Assembly: GCA_046290225.1 (NCBI GenBank)
Contig: JBKAGE010000076.1
Span: 32,001-96,000, forward strand
Length of the DNA: 64,000 nucleotides
DNA from: Bradymonadia bacterium
GTDB lineage: Bacteria > Myxococcota_A > Bradymonadia > UBA7976 > UBA1532
Direction of reading: 5' to 3'
Position numbers and translations under genes: made by a program. The notes under the pieces are model-generated. The model ran no database searches. It was not told where the DNA came from and saw nothing but the letters and a program-made list of their open reading frames with translations. Below are positions 9,417-18,738 of the stretch, one piece after another (the stretch's first letter is position 1; each line of letters opens with the position of its first letter).

Positions 9417-10307
9417 TCAGAGATATCGCCGGGCGATGGACACCGCCTGGGCCCCGTACGATCCACCGAACAGCACACAGTGGTTGAGCACGTGATACAG
9501 CGTGTAGAGCGGCAGCCTCTCCTGCCAGCCTGCGCTCAAGGGCCAGCTGGCTGCGTACGCCTGGAACACACGTTGAGAGAAGCCGCCAAAGAGCACCATC
9601 ATGCCCAGCTCCGCTTCGCGGTGGGCGTAATATGCAGCAGGGTCGATGAGGGCGGGGCCGCCCTCAGGGCCAGTGTGTAGATTGCCCGACCACAGATCAC
9701 CATGAATCAGGGCTGGGGGCTCGGGATCGGCAGCAAGCAGCTCGGGGAGTCGATCGAGCACGCGTCGGAGCACCTGACCGTCTGCCACTGAGAGGTGCCC
9801 TTGCTGACCCGCACCCTCGATCAGTGGGGCCAGACGCTGTTCACGATAGAGGTCTGACCAGCAAGACTGCCAGACGTTCACCTGCAGTGTGGTGCCACAG
9901 TACGTGTCGGCGGAGAAGCCATAGTGGCCCGAGCACTGTTGATGTGGGGCGCGATGCATCGCCGCCAGGCCTGCGCCGAGGCGTTCGTCGAAGCCATGCC
10001 GCCGGGGCGCGAGGGGCAAGTGCTCGAGCACCAGGAACCCCGGGCGTCGGCCCACGGCGATCACCTCGGGGATCACCAGCTCTGCACCACTCGATGCCAC
10101 AGCCTGCGCCATGGCCCGCAGCCCCAGCGCTTCTCGCTCGAAGAGATCAGCAGGGCCGTTCGGGTGCCACTTGACGAAGTACCGACGACCGCCCACCGAA
10201 ACCAGAACCGACTCATTGATGCAGCCGCCACCCACAGGCTCGACCGCCGTGACTGGCCCACCCAGCGCGTCACTCAGAGCTGCACTCACCCCCCTGGGCA
10301 GCCTCAC
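9417..10307 (-). CDS. Fructosamine kinase family protein
   Basis: VGGGCIN, YFVK, LIHGDLWSGN, IDPAAYYAHREAELGM, FGGF, LYHVLNH..LFGGSY. Start overlaps the cysN stop (GTGA). Confidence 0.92.
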   Translation of the reverse strand: MRLPRGVSAALSDALGGPVTAVEPVGGGCINESVLVSVGGRRYFVKWHPNGPADLFEREALGLRAMAQAVASSGAELVIPEVIAVGRRPGFLVLEHLPLAPRRHGFDERLGAGLAAMHRAPHQQCSGHYGFSADTYCGTTLQVNVWQSCWSDLYREQRLAPLIEGAGQQGHLSVADGQVLRRVLDRLPELLAADPEPPALIHGDLWSGNLHTGPEGGPALIDPAAYYAHREAELGMMVLFGGFSQRVFQAYAASWPLSAGWQERLPLYTLYHVLNHCVLFGGSYGAQAVSIARRYL

Positions 10308-11983
10308 GTGAGGGCCTGCTCTTCAAGCAGCTCGATGATGCGCGCCACGGCCTGGGGGTGCTCGAGCTCGGCCACACTCATGGGCAGCTCGCTCCACGGC
10401 ATGGTGTCACCTTCAGGCATCGTGAATCCCGCGCAGAGCACGGGCTGTCCGCTTTGGATCGCCAGTCGAGCCACGGCACATGCTCGGCGACAGGCTTCTG
10501 CCCCGCGGGGATCCTCCAAATCGGCGTTGAGCTCGGCTGCGAGACGCTCGGGGGTCACCAACAGACTCTTGCGGCCCCATCGAGCCAGGGCATCGTGTAC
10601 CTGCTCGGCGAGGGCTTCGTGAGGGCCGAGTTCGAGGGCAAAGGCCGAACTTGCGACCCCCTCAGGGCGCTGCTGCGCCGAGGGTCGATCCACCAACATG
10701 CCGGCCCCTACAGTGGCGCAGGTGGCTCGATCGATGAGCACAAAGGCCCCTGTGGTCCGATTTCGCGTGTACGGATCCCAGATGAGGGGCTGATCTGTGC
10801 GCAGCGTCACCCGGCCGATGTCGTTGAGTTCGAGTTGATCGGTTTGTCGCCGTCGGAGGGTGGACATCTCCACGGCATAGCGTACCCCCGTGACTGATCC
10901 AGGCACGGTACGCCCAGTATGTTGCACCCAATATCGACGACCTGGGGTCAGGGCCGCTTCCGACATCCAGACCATCATGGCCTCGAGCTCTGTGTCGAGG
11001 TGGGGCGTATTGTGTGCCCCAGCGATCATGTCGCCTCGGGTGAGATCGAGCTCGTCGGCGAGGGTGATGGCCACCGCCTGGGGGGCCTGAGCGCTGTCGA
11101 CCACCCCTTTGGGGGTACGGATCCCGGTCACAGTGCTGGTCTTGCCCGAAGGCAGGGCCACCACCTCGGCGCCTGTACGCAAGATGCCTGCGGCGAGGGT
11201 GCCCGCAAAGCCCCGATAGGTGTGATCGGGTCGAATCACGCGCTGTACGGGCAGCCGCAGATCGATGAGGTTGGCGTCACCGGCGACGTGCACCGTCTCG
11301 AGGGCGCCGAGCAAGGTGCTCCCGGTGTACCAGGGCATGCGGTGGCTGCGATGCACCACGTTGTCGCCTTCTCGGGCACATACAGGCACGAACTGCACAT
11401 CATCCACCTGCAAACGCGCCGAGAACTCGGTGAAGGCGCGCCGCACCGACTCGAAGGCCTCTGCCTCGAAGTCCACCAGATCCATTTTGTTTACGGCGAT
11501 GAGCAGATGCTTGATGCCCAACAGGCTGCAGATGAAGGCGTGGCGCCGGGTCTGCTCAAGCATGCCCTGAGTGGCGTCCACCAGGATCACCGCCAGCTGA
11601 CAGTGAGAGGCCCCGGTGGCCATGTTCCGGGTGTACTGCACATGGCCGGGGCAGTCGGCGATGATGAAGCGCCGCCTCGCCGTGGAGAAATAGCGCCAGG
11701 CCACGTCGATGGTGATGCCCTGCTCCCGCTCCGCCCGAAGGCCGTCGACGAGCAGGGCCATGTCGAGGGCCTCACCGGTGGTGCCGTATCGGGCAGAGTC
11801 GCGCTCCAGGGCGGCGAGATGATCGTCGAAGACCAGCCGGGCGTCGTGCAACATGCGGCCGATGAGGGTGCTCTTGCCATCATCGACGCTGCCACAGGTC
11901 AAAAACCGCAGCACGGTGCGGGCACGGTACGACTCGAGGAACGCCTCGAGCCCCATCTGTTCGAGGGCTTGGGCCTCGTTCAT
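10304..11983 (-). CDS. cysN: Sulfate adenylyltransferase subunit 1 (CysN/NodQ-like, with a vestigial APS-kinase tail)
   Basis: LRFLTCGSVDDGKSTLIGR, DGLRAEREQGITIDVA, ADCPGH, NKMD. ATG overlaps the cysD stop (TGATG). Confidence 0.95.
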   Translation of the reverse strand: MNEAQALEQMGLEAFLESYRARTVLRFLTCGSVDDGKSTLIGRMLHDARLVFDDHLAALERDSARYGTTGEALDMALLVDGLRAEREQGITIDVAWRYFSTARRRFIIADCPGHVQYTRNMATGASHCQLAVILVDATQGMLEQTRRHAFICSLLGIKHLLIAVNKMDLVDFEAEAFESVRRAFTEFSARLQVDDVQFVPVCAREGDNVVHRSHRMPWYTGSTLLGALETVHVAGDANLIDLRLPVQRVIRPDHTYRGFAGTLAAGILRTGAEVVALPSGKTSTVTGIRTPKGVVDSAQAPQAVAITLADELDLTRGDMIAGAHNTPHLDTELEAMMVWMSEAALTPGRRYWVQHTGRTVPGSVTGVRYAVEMSTLRRRQTDQLELNDIGRVTLRTDQPLIWDPYTRNRTTGAFVLIDRATCATVGAGMLVDRPSAQQRPEGVASSAFALELGPHEALAEQVHDALARWGRKSLLVTPERLAAELNADLEDPRGAEACRRACAVARLAIQSGQPVLCAGFTMPEGDTMPWSELPMSVAELEHPQAVARIIELLEEQALT

Positions 11984-12879
11984 CAGAAATACCCCTCGCG
12001 CTTCTTGTCTTCCATGCTGCCCCCCTCGTCGAAGTCGATCACCCGGCCCTGCCGCTCCGACTCCCGGGCCATGAGCATCTCGCGCAAGATCCCGTCGATG
12101 TCCGTGGCCTCTGAAGGGACCGCCCCGGTGAGCGGGTAGCAACCCAGCGTACGAAACCGCACCTGCTGCATCTGGGGCACCTCACCAGGCTCGAGGGGCA
12201 TGCGCTCGTCGTCCACCATGATCAAAGTGCCATGGCGCTCCACCACCGGGCGGGGTTTGGCGAAGTAGAGCGGCACCACGGGGATCTGCTCGAAGCGCAC
12301 GTACATCCAGACATCGAGCTCGGTCCAGTCCGAGAGCGGGAACACCCGGATCGAGCCCCCACCTTTGAGGCGGGTGTTGTAGACATTCCACAGCTCTGGC
12401 CGCTGGTTGCGCGGGTCCCATTGATGCTGGGCGTCTCGGAACGAGAAGATGCGCTCCTTCGCCCGGCTCTTCTCCTCGTCTCTCCGGGCGCCCCCAAAGG
12501 CGGCGTCGAAACCGTGATGATCGAGGGCCTGCTTGAGGGCCAGCGTCTTCATCACGTGGGTGTGATGCTGGCTGCCGTGGGTGAAGGGGCCCACGTCGTC
12601 GGCCACCCCATCGGGGTTGATCCACTCGTGCAGTTGCACCCCGAGATCGGCGGCGAGCTGATCGCGGAAGCTGATCATCTCGCGAAACTTCCACCGGGTG
12701 TTCACGTGCAGCAGCGGGAACGGGATCGGCCCCGGTGCGAAGGCCTTCCGAGCAAGATGCAACATCACGCAGGAGTCCTTGCCTACGGAGAACAGCATCA
12801 CCGGCCGTTCGAAAGCGCTGGCGACTTCCCGGATGATGTGGATGCTGCGGGCTTCGAGATCGTCGAGGTGGGTATGCAT
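11983..12879 (-). CDS. cysD: Sulfate adenylyltransferase subunit 2
   Basis: [55 protein letters not shown]. Confidence 0.97.
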   Translation of the reverse strand: MHTHLDDLEARSIHIIREVASAFERPVMLFSVGKDSCVMLHLARKAFAPGPIPFPLLHVNTRWKFREMISFRDQLAADLGVQLHEWINPDGVADDVGPFTHGSQHHTHVMKTLALKQALDHHGFDAAFGGARRDEEKSRAKERIFSFRDAQHQWDPRNQRPELWNVYNTRLKGGGSIRVFPLSDWTELDVWMYVRFEQIPVVPLYFAKPRPVVERHGTLIMVDDERMPLEPGEVPQMQQVRFRTLGCYPLTGAVPSEATDIDGILREMLMARESERQGRVIDFDEGGSMEDKKREGYF

Positions 12880-12995
12880 GGCGGCCACAGCGAACACGAA
12901 AGCACGGCCCCCTTGCAACCCGGTTCCTCTTCGAGAGATCACTTCCGGGTGATCGCTCGTCGACGCACTTCCCAGATCAACGTACCGAGGCCTTC

Positions 12996-13781
12996 ATGCT
13001 CGCCGTCGTCTCCCCCGCCAAGAAGCTCGATTACTCCCCTGCCCCCGAGGCCCTGCCCTTCACCCGTCCGGCCCTCTCGGAAAAAACCCGGGCCCTCGCC
13101 GAGGTCACTCGCACACTCTCCGCCGCAGATCTCAAAGGCCTGATGCGCATCAGCGACAACCTCGCCGAGTTGAACCATGGCCGATTTCAGCGCTTCATCC
13201 TCGACGAGAGCGCCCTCACCCTCGGTGAGCACGCCAAACAGGCAGCTCTGGCGTTCAGCGGTGACACCTATGTCGGTCTTCAGGCCAGCGAGATGAGCCA
13301 GGACGATCTGCAATGGGCTCAGGATCATCTCGCCATTCTTTCAGGGCTGTACGGGGTGCTCCGCCCCCTCGATCTCATCCAGCCCTACCGCCTCGAAATG
13401 GGCACCCGTCTGCAGACTTCCGCCGGCAAGACCCTGTATGCGTGGTGGGGGACCGACATCGCCGAGCGCCTGAAGGCCATCGTGGCCGACCACGACAGTC
13501 CGGTGATCCTCAACTGTGCGAGCAATGAGTACTTCAAGGCCATCGACACCCAGGCCCTGGGGGTGCGCGTGATCACACCGGTCTTCAAGGAGATCAAAGA
13601 CGACAAGGCCCGCACGTTGGGCATGTTCGCCAAACGCGCTCGGGGCATGATGGCGCGTTACCTCGTCACCCACCGCCTTGAAAACCCTGAAGATTTGAAG
13701 GGGTTCGATCTTGGCGGATACAGCTTCCAGAGCGATGGCTCGTCGGCGGACACATGGCTCTTCACACGCCCTCAACCTTGA
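12996..13781 (+). CDS. yaaA: Peroxide stress protein YaaA (UPF0246)
   Basis: SPAKKLD, F.GDTY.GL, ILSGLYGVLRPLD.I.PYRLEMG, NCASNEYFK, AKRARGMM. Confidence 0.95.
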   Translation: MLAVVSPAKKLDYSPAPEALPFTRPALSEKTRALAEVTRTLSAADLKGLMRISDNLAELNHGRFQRFILDESALTLGEHAKQAALAFSGDTYVGLQASEMSQDDLQWAQDHLAILSGLYGVLRPLDLIQPYRLEMGTRLQTSAGKTLYAWWGTDIAERLKAIVADHDSPVILNCASNEYFKAIDTQALGVRVITPVFKEIKDDKARTLGMFAKRARGMMARYLVTHRLENPEDLKGFDLGGYSFQSDGSSADTWLFTRPQP

Positions 13782-13954
13782 TTCTCACCACCGACGAGTG
13801 TTCTCTTCCGTGACAGTCAACTCGAGGTGGGTGTCACAGATTGGGCAGCTCTGCCCACCTCTTGGCCTTGATCCGACTTCCGCCGATGAAGGGGGAGACG
13901 TCTCACTGCTCCGAACCGAGTCAGTCGACGTGAACGCCATCAGGACGGGACACT

Positions 13955-16252
13955 GTGAGCCTCTTCGTCTTCAGCTCTGCGATCTGCGCGACCACCTTCG
14001 GCATCAATGCGTGTTTGTTGCTGACATGGTTCTGGCGCAAGCCCGATGCACGCATGCTGGGCCTGTTCAGCCTTTCCGTGTCCTGCTTCTTCGGTCTGGA
14101 GTTCATCTGGCGCCTGTCAGGTGATCCAGCGCACTTCGCCGCCCTGTATCCCACATACATGGCGATGATTTTGCCCATGGTGGTGCTGTTCATGCACTTC
14201 GCCATGCTCTACGCCGGCTACGGCTCGGCGCCGCGTTTTCAGCGCACCGCCGGTGTCCTCTACGCCCTCGCGGTGGTGCTGGGTCTGTCTGTGTACCTCG
14301 TGCCCACCCCCAAGCCCATCACGCTCGGCGGCATCCAAGCGGTCGACGACATGCACCAGCACTGGTTGCTCATCATGGTGAAGGGGGTCGCCTCGATCTT
14401 CAGCATGGCCGTGGGCGCGCTGTTGGTGCGGGCGATGCTCAACCAGACCCACCCCGACGAGCGGCGGCGCCAGAAGATGCTGACTCGGCTCGCAGTGCTC
14501 AGCGTCGTGTGCCTCGTCCCCCTCGAGGTCTCCCGAGTGATTCTGTCGTGGGATCTGCCGAACCTCTCTTCCACTGTACTGCCCCTCTACAGCGTCGCGT
14601 TGATCTGGAGCCTGATTCAACGCACCCCCTTCGAGATCTCGCCCCTGGCGGTCTCTCGCGAGGTGATGGACTGTATGTCGGAAGGGCTGATCTTGTGCTC
14701 ACCTACAGGGCAGATCCGCTACATCAACCCGTCGATGAAACGCATGACCGGGTGGGACATCGACGATCTCATCGATGCACCTTTGAGCCGAATCTGCCCG
14801 GATCTCGAAGAGCTGTTTGCCTCCTCGGACGACTACTTTTTGATGCACGCCAAGGAGACCAGCCTCCTGACCCTTGGTGATCGGCCCCTGCCAGTGCTGA
14901 TCTCGCTCAACCCGGTCACCAATCGTCAGGACCAAGTTCAGGCCCTCGTGCTCACCGCCACCGACATCACTGGCCGGCGTCTGAACCAGTTGGAACTGCA
15001 AACAGCGAAGGACAAGGCTGAGGCAGCCACTCGGGCAAAGAGCGCGTTCCTGGCCACCATGAGCCACGAGATCAGGACCCCGATGAACGGGGTCATTGGC
15101 ATGACCGGGCTGCTGGCAGAGACCGATCTCACCTCAGAGCAGACCGAGTACGTCGAGACCATCCGCCGAAGCGGCGACGCTCTACTGGCGATTTTGAACG
15201 ACATCCTCGACCTCTCGAAGATCGAAGCGGGCCGGGTAGAGGTGGAGCAACACGCCTTCAACCTGTACCGCCTGCTCCTCGACTGTCAGGAGCTGCTGGG
15301 CTCGAGGGCTCAGGCCAAGGGCCTCGAGTTCTCGGTGCAGATCCACCCGCGGGTACACAAGTACATCCGCGGTGACTCTGCCCGCCTGCGGCAGGTGGTG
15401 ATGAACCTGCTGAGCAACGCGGTGAAGTTCACCGAAAAGGGCTCGGTCAGCTTGATCTGTGAGCCCCTGCCCAACGACATGGTTTCCCTCAAGGTCACCG
15501 ACACGGGTGTAGGCATCCCCGAAGACCGGATGAACCGCCTGTTCCAGCCCTTCAGCCAGGTCGACGCTTCGATCAACCGCCGCTTTGGCGGCACGGGCCT
15601 GGGGCTGGTGATCAGTGAGCGCCTCGCAAGCCTGATGGGCGGCTCGCTCACGTGTGCCTCGGTGCTGGGTGAGGGCACCACCTTCACGCTGAAGTTCAAG
15701 GGCATACAGGCAGAGAGTCCTCAGCTGAGCACCATCGAGATGGGGGCCTTCAAGCCTGTGCAGACCACCGAGCTCTCGGTGCTCATCGCAGAGGACCACC
15801 CCATCAACCAGCGCGTGACGCAGAAGATGTTGGAGCGCATGGGGCTCAGCGCCGACGTGGCCTTCAACGGCCTCGAAGCCCTGGCCGCCCTGGAGCGCCG
15901 CCACTACGATGTGGTGCTCATGGACATGCAGATGCCCGAAATGGACGGCCTCGAAGCCACCCGACGCATTCGCGAGCGCTACGGCAAGTGCGGCACGCGC
16001 TCACCCGAGATCCACGATCGCTTCGGGCCCTACATCATCGCCCTCACGGCCAACGCCATGAAGGGCGACGAGACCCGCTGCCGAGAGGCGGGTATGGACG
16101 ACTACCTGAGCAAGCCCGTGAAGCCCATGGCGCTGTATCAGGCCTTGAGTCAGGTGGTGGTGGCCCCCAAAGACACCCCGCCTTCCGCTGACCCCATCCA
16201 CGGCGGGCCCACAGCAGCGGAGCCCCCACCGCCTCCGGTCGATCCTTCTTGA
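13955..16252 (+). CDS. Membrane-bound hybrid histidine kinase (7TM-like input, PAS, HisKA, HATPase, REC)
   Basis: About 7 hydrophobic segments; AKSAFLATMSHEIRTPMNGVIG, RLRQVVMNLLSNAVKFT, GGTGLGL, LIAEDHPINQ, LMDMQMPEMDG, IIALTANA, YLSKP; Pro-rich tail. Confidence 0.95.
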   Translation: MSLFVFSSAICATTFGINACLLLTWFWRKPDARMLGLFSLSVSCFFGLEFIWRLSGDPAHFAALYPTYMAMILPMVVLFMHFAMLYAGYGSAPRFQRTAGVLYALAVVLGLSVYLVPTPKPITLGGIQAVDDMHQHWLLIMVKGVASIFSMAVGALLVRAMLNQTHPDERRRQKMLTRLAVLSVVCLVPLEVSRVILSWDLPNLSSTVLPLYSVALIWSLIQRTPFEISPLAVSREVMDCMSEGLILCSPTGQIRYINPSMKRMTGWDIDDLIDAPLSRICPDLEELFASSDDYFLMHAKETSLLTLGDRPLPVLISLNPVTNRQDQVQALVLTATDITGRRLNQLELQTAKDKAEAATRAKSAFLATMSHEIRTPMNGVIGMTGLLAETDLTSEQTEYVETIRRSGDALLAILNDILDLSKIEAGRVEVEQHAFNLYRLLLDCQELLGSRAQAKGLEFSVQIHPRVHKYIRGDSARLRQVVMNLLSNAVKFTEKGSVSLICEPLPNDMVSLKVTDTGVGIPEDRMNRLFQPFSQVDASINRRFGGTGLGLVISERLASLMGGSLTCASVLGEGTTFTLKFKGIQAESPQLSTIEMGAFKPVQTTELSVLIAEDHPINQRVTQKMLERMGLSADVAFNGLEALAALERRHYDVVLMDMQMPEMDGLEATRRIRERYGKCGTRSPEIHDRFGPYIIALTANAMKGDETRCREAGMDDYLSKPVKPMALYQALSQVVVAPKDTPPSADPIHGGPTAAEPPPPPVDPS

Positions 16253-18576
16253 GCATCCCTCTGGGCCCCTGGTCCCTCAGCCCTCGATATTTCGTCCGCA
16301 CCAGTGGGGTGCCCTTCGAGCGCATCGAGCTCACCGATGAGCATGTCGATGCCATCTCCGAGGCGCTGGGTCGCCTCGACGCATCCCACGCCCACATCGA
16401 GGCAACCGCGTCAGCAGCCCACCTATGGCTCGATGACGCTCCGGATGTACCGACGAACACACGGCGACGTCTTCGCCGCCACATCGCCCGACGTGTCCCT
16501 CTGCCTGAGGGGCTGAGCGCCCTCGATGCATGCCTCGAAGCCTATACAGATGCCCTTCACAGGCATGCTCGATCCACCCAGGCACTGACGACGTCGTACG
16601 ACGCGCTGCGCCTCACCGCCCGCGAGCAGCTGTGGGCCGCCTGGAACACAGAACAGGTGAGCGACGCCATCACCCTCTTGAGCCCGAAGGCCGCCGCCTG
16701 GCTGGGCAAGGGCAACTTCACCTCCGAGGAAGGCGCACGACAGCGCAAACTGGAGCGCCGGCTCTATCTGTATCTACAGCGTCTGTGCACCAAGGCTGAG
16801 ACTACGAGCAGCTTCGGCCCCATCGCCAGCGGCCAGGTGGAGCATGGCGCCACTGGTGTGCACATGCGCCATGGGCCTCGACTCATTACACAGGGCCGCG
16901 CCTATCCGTCGGGCTGGCTGGTCAGAGCTGTGGCGGCTCAGGGGGCTGTGCGCTTCGGCGACGCGTTGCCTGTGAGGCCTGCCCTCGACGTCGTGACGTG
17001 CCCTGACGGCACGTACCGATATGTCGACGTGAGCCCCTTCGAGCGTCGTTGGTTGCCTGACGATGGTCTGCGGAGCCGAACCCCGGCCACCCCTCGGCAA
17101 CATGCTGACGGCTTGAGCGCCCTCGCCGAGTCCTGGTCACACATCGACCACCCGGAGATCCGCACCTTCGTCGGCGACGTCGAGGCCCTGGCGGCTCAGA
17201 TCCGCGCGTTCCCCCTCACCTCGGGCGCTGCACGCCGTGAGGCCCTCGCGGCCATCGCAACACAGGCCGAGGCCCTCACAGGTGAGCCCGGGTACCGCGG
17301 CGCGGGTGAGATGTACGCCGATCGGATGCCCTTCTTCGAGGACTGTACTCGGGATGTTGAGCGGTTCGTCATCGGGCACGACATCGTACAGGCCATGGCC
17401 CCACTCGGCGCCGCCCTCGATCTCTGGCTCGGTGCCGGGGTCTCTCAGAGGCTGCACCTCGCCGACATCCACCACACATGGCGCGCCCACTGTTTCCCCG
17501 AAGCCCTGCAAGGCGAGCCGGTGGACATGGGGGTGTTCCTGCAGCGATATCATCAGGCCCTGCAGGCTGAAACACTCGAAGACGCCATCTTCGCCAGCCA
17601 GCATCGGCTCAACCTCACCCCGCCCATGCCAAGAGCGCTGCTCGACGCCATCGACGCATCACCCGATGCCGTGTGTCCCGTCGATCTCGAGGCCCTGCCC
17701 GGAGATCGTGGGCAGGAGCCCGCGGTCGCCTCTTTCGACGTACATCTGCTGCCCCCTTGCGATGGTCATGGCTGGCAGGTGGTTCTCGGCGAGGGTCATG
17801 CCATGGTGTGTGCCTTTCAGTTCTTCCTCGATGGCCTGCCCGATGAAGCAGAGTTCTACGCCGAGCTCGACGACATCTATCGCGCCGTCACCGACGACGA
17901 GGTGCTGCTCAAAACCTACGACACTTTCGACGCCAAACTCTCCTACCGGTATCTGTCACCTGCACTGGTGGACTTCGACCCTGGCGCTGAAGGCCCACCG
18001 GATCGGCCCAAGATCGGATGGGCTGATCTGAAACTGCACTTCGAAGAAGGTGGCTGGCATCTCTCCACCCCCGATCCGAGAGCGGACCATCAAAGGCGCC
18101 GAGGGCGGTTTCTGCTCAAGGCGCCTCGAGAGCTGGGCCCCGAGCACGCGCTGCCGGGCGTGGCGCTACAGGGGAAGGGCCTCCCTCGCCCCGGTGTCGA
18201 GTCATCCCCGAGGGTGGTCGACGGCGATCTGGTACTCTTCAGGCGCACCTGGAGGCTGGCCCCAGAACAACTGATGCGCTGTAACGCCCCCACCCGAGCG
18301 GCCACCTTTGCCCGAGTGCACCGGCTGAGATGCAGCCTCGAGATCCCGCGGTTCTTCTTCGTCAAGGCACCTGATGAGCCCAAGCCCATCTGGATCGACG
18401 CCTTGAACCCGGTGGCCATCGACCTGCTGATCTCGCTGGCACGTCACAGCGACCGCCCGCTGATCTGCTCGGAAATGCTCCCTGACCCCAGTCAGCTCTG
18501 GTTTAGAGACGACCGTGGGCGCTACGTCTGTGAGCTCCGCGCGAATCTATACCGACGCCAGGTGAATCATCGGTAG
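16249..18576 (+). CDS. Stand-alone lantibiotic-dehydratase N-terminal-domain protein (small LanB / PEARL, peptide aminoacyl-tRNA ligase-like)
   Basis: FVRTSGVP, YLQRLCTKAETTSSFGP, VVLGEGH, PRVVDGDLVLFRRTW, PRFFFVK..EPKPIWID, SEMLPDP.QLW..D.GRYVCELR. The 775-aa protein ends right after ELR, so no elimination domain. TTG start overlaps the kinase stop. Confidence 0.85.
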   Translation: MSIPLGPWSLSPRYFVRTSGVPFERIELTDEHVDAISEALGRLDASHAHIEATASAAHLWLDDAPDVPTNTRRRLRRHIARRVPLPEGLSALDACLEAYTDALHRHARSTQALTTSYDALRLTAREQLWAAWNTEQVSDAITLLSPKAAAWLGKGNFTSEEGARQRKLERRLYLYLQRLCTKAETTSSFGPIASGQVEHGATGVHMRHGPRLITQGRAYPSGWLVRAVAAQGAVRFGDALPVRPALDVVTCPDGTYRYVDVSPFERRWLPDDGLRSRTPATPRQHADGLSALAESWSHIDHPEIRTFVGDVEALAAQIRAFPLTSGAARREALAAIATQAEALTGEPGYRGAGEMYADRMPFFEDCTRDVERFVIGHDIVQAMAPLGAALDLWLGAGVSQRLHLADIHHTWRAHCFPEALQGEPVDMGVFLQRYHQALQAETLEDAIFASQHRLNLTPPMPRALLDAIDASPDAVCPVDLEALPGDRGQEPAVASFDVHLLPPCDGHGWQVVLGEGHAMVCAFQFFLDGLPDEAEFYAELDDIYRAVTDDEVLLKTYDTFDAKLSYRYLSPALVDFDPGAEGPPDRPKIGWADLKLHFEEGGWHLSTPDPRADHQRRRGRFLLKAPRELGPEHALPGVALQGKGLPRPGVESSPRVVDGDLVLFRRTWRLAPEQLMRCNAPTRAATFARVHRLRCSLEIPRFFFVKAPDEPKPIWIDALNPVAIDLLISLARHSDRPLICSEMLPDPSQLWFRDDRGRYVCELRANLYRRQVNHR

Positions 18577-18738
18577 GTCCAGGCGGGGCCTAAATCGCTC
18601 AAAAAACATCCCAACCCCCCCGTTCTGTATCTACAGATGGTGATTTTTGGGCCCGAGCATCACACGACTCAATAAACACGAAACCATTTTCGGCCTTATG
18701 ACATCAGATCCCGGTGGTCCCATGGTGGAGACAACGGC

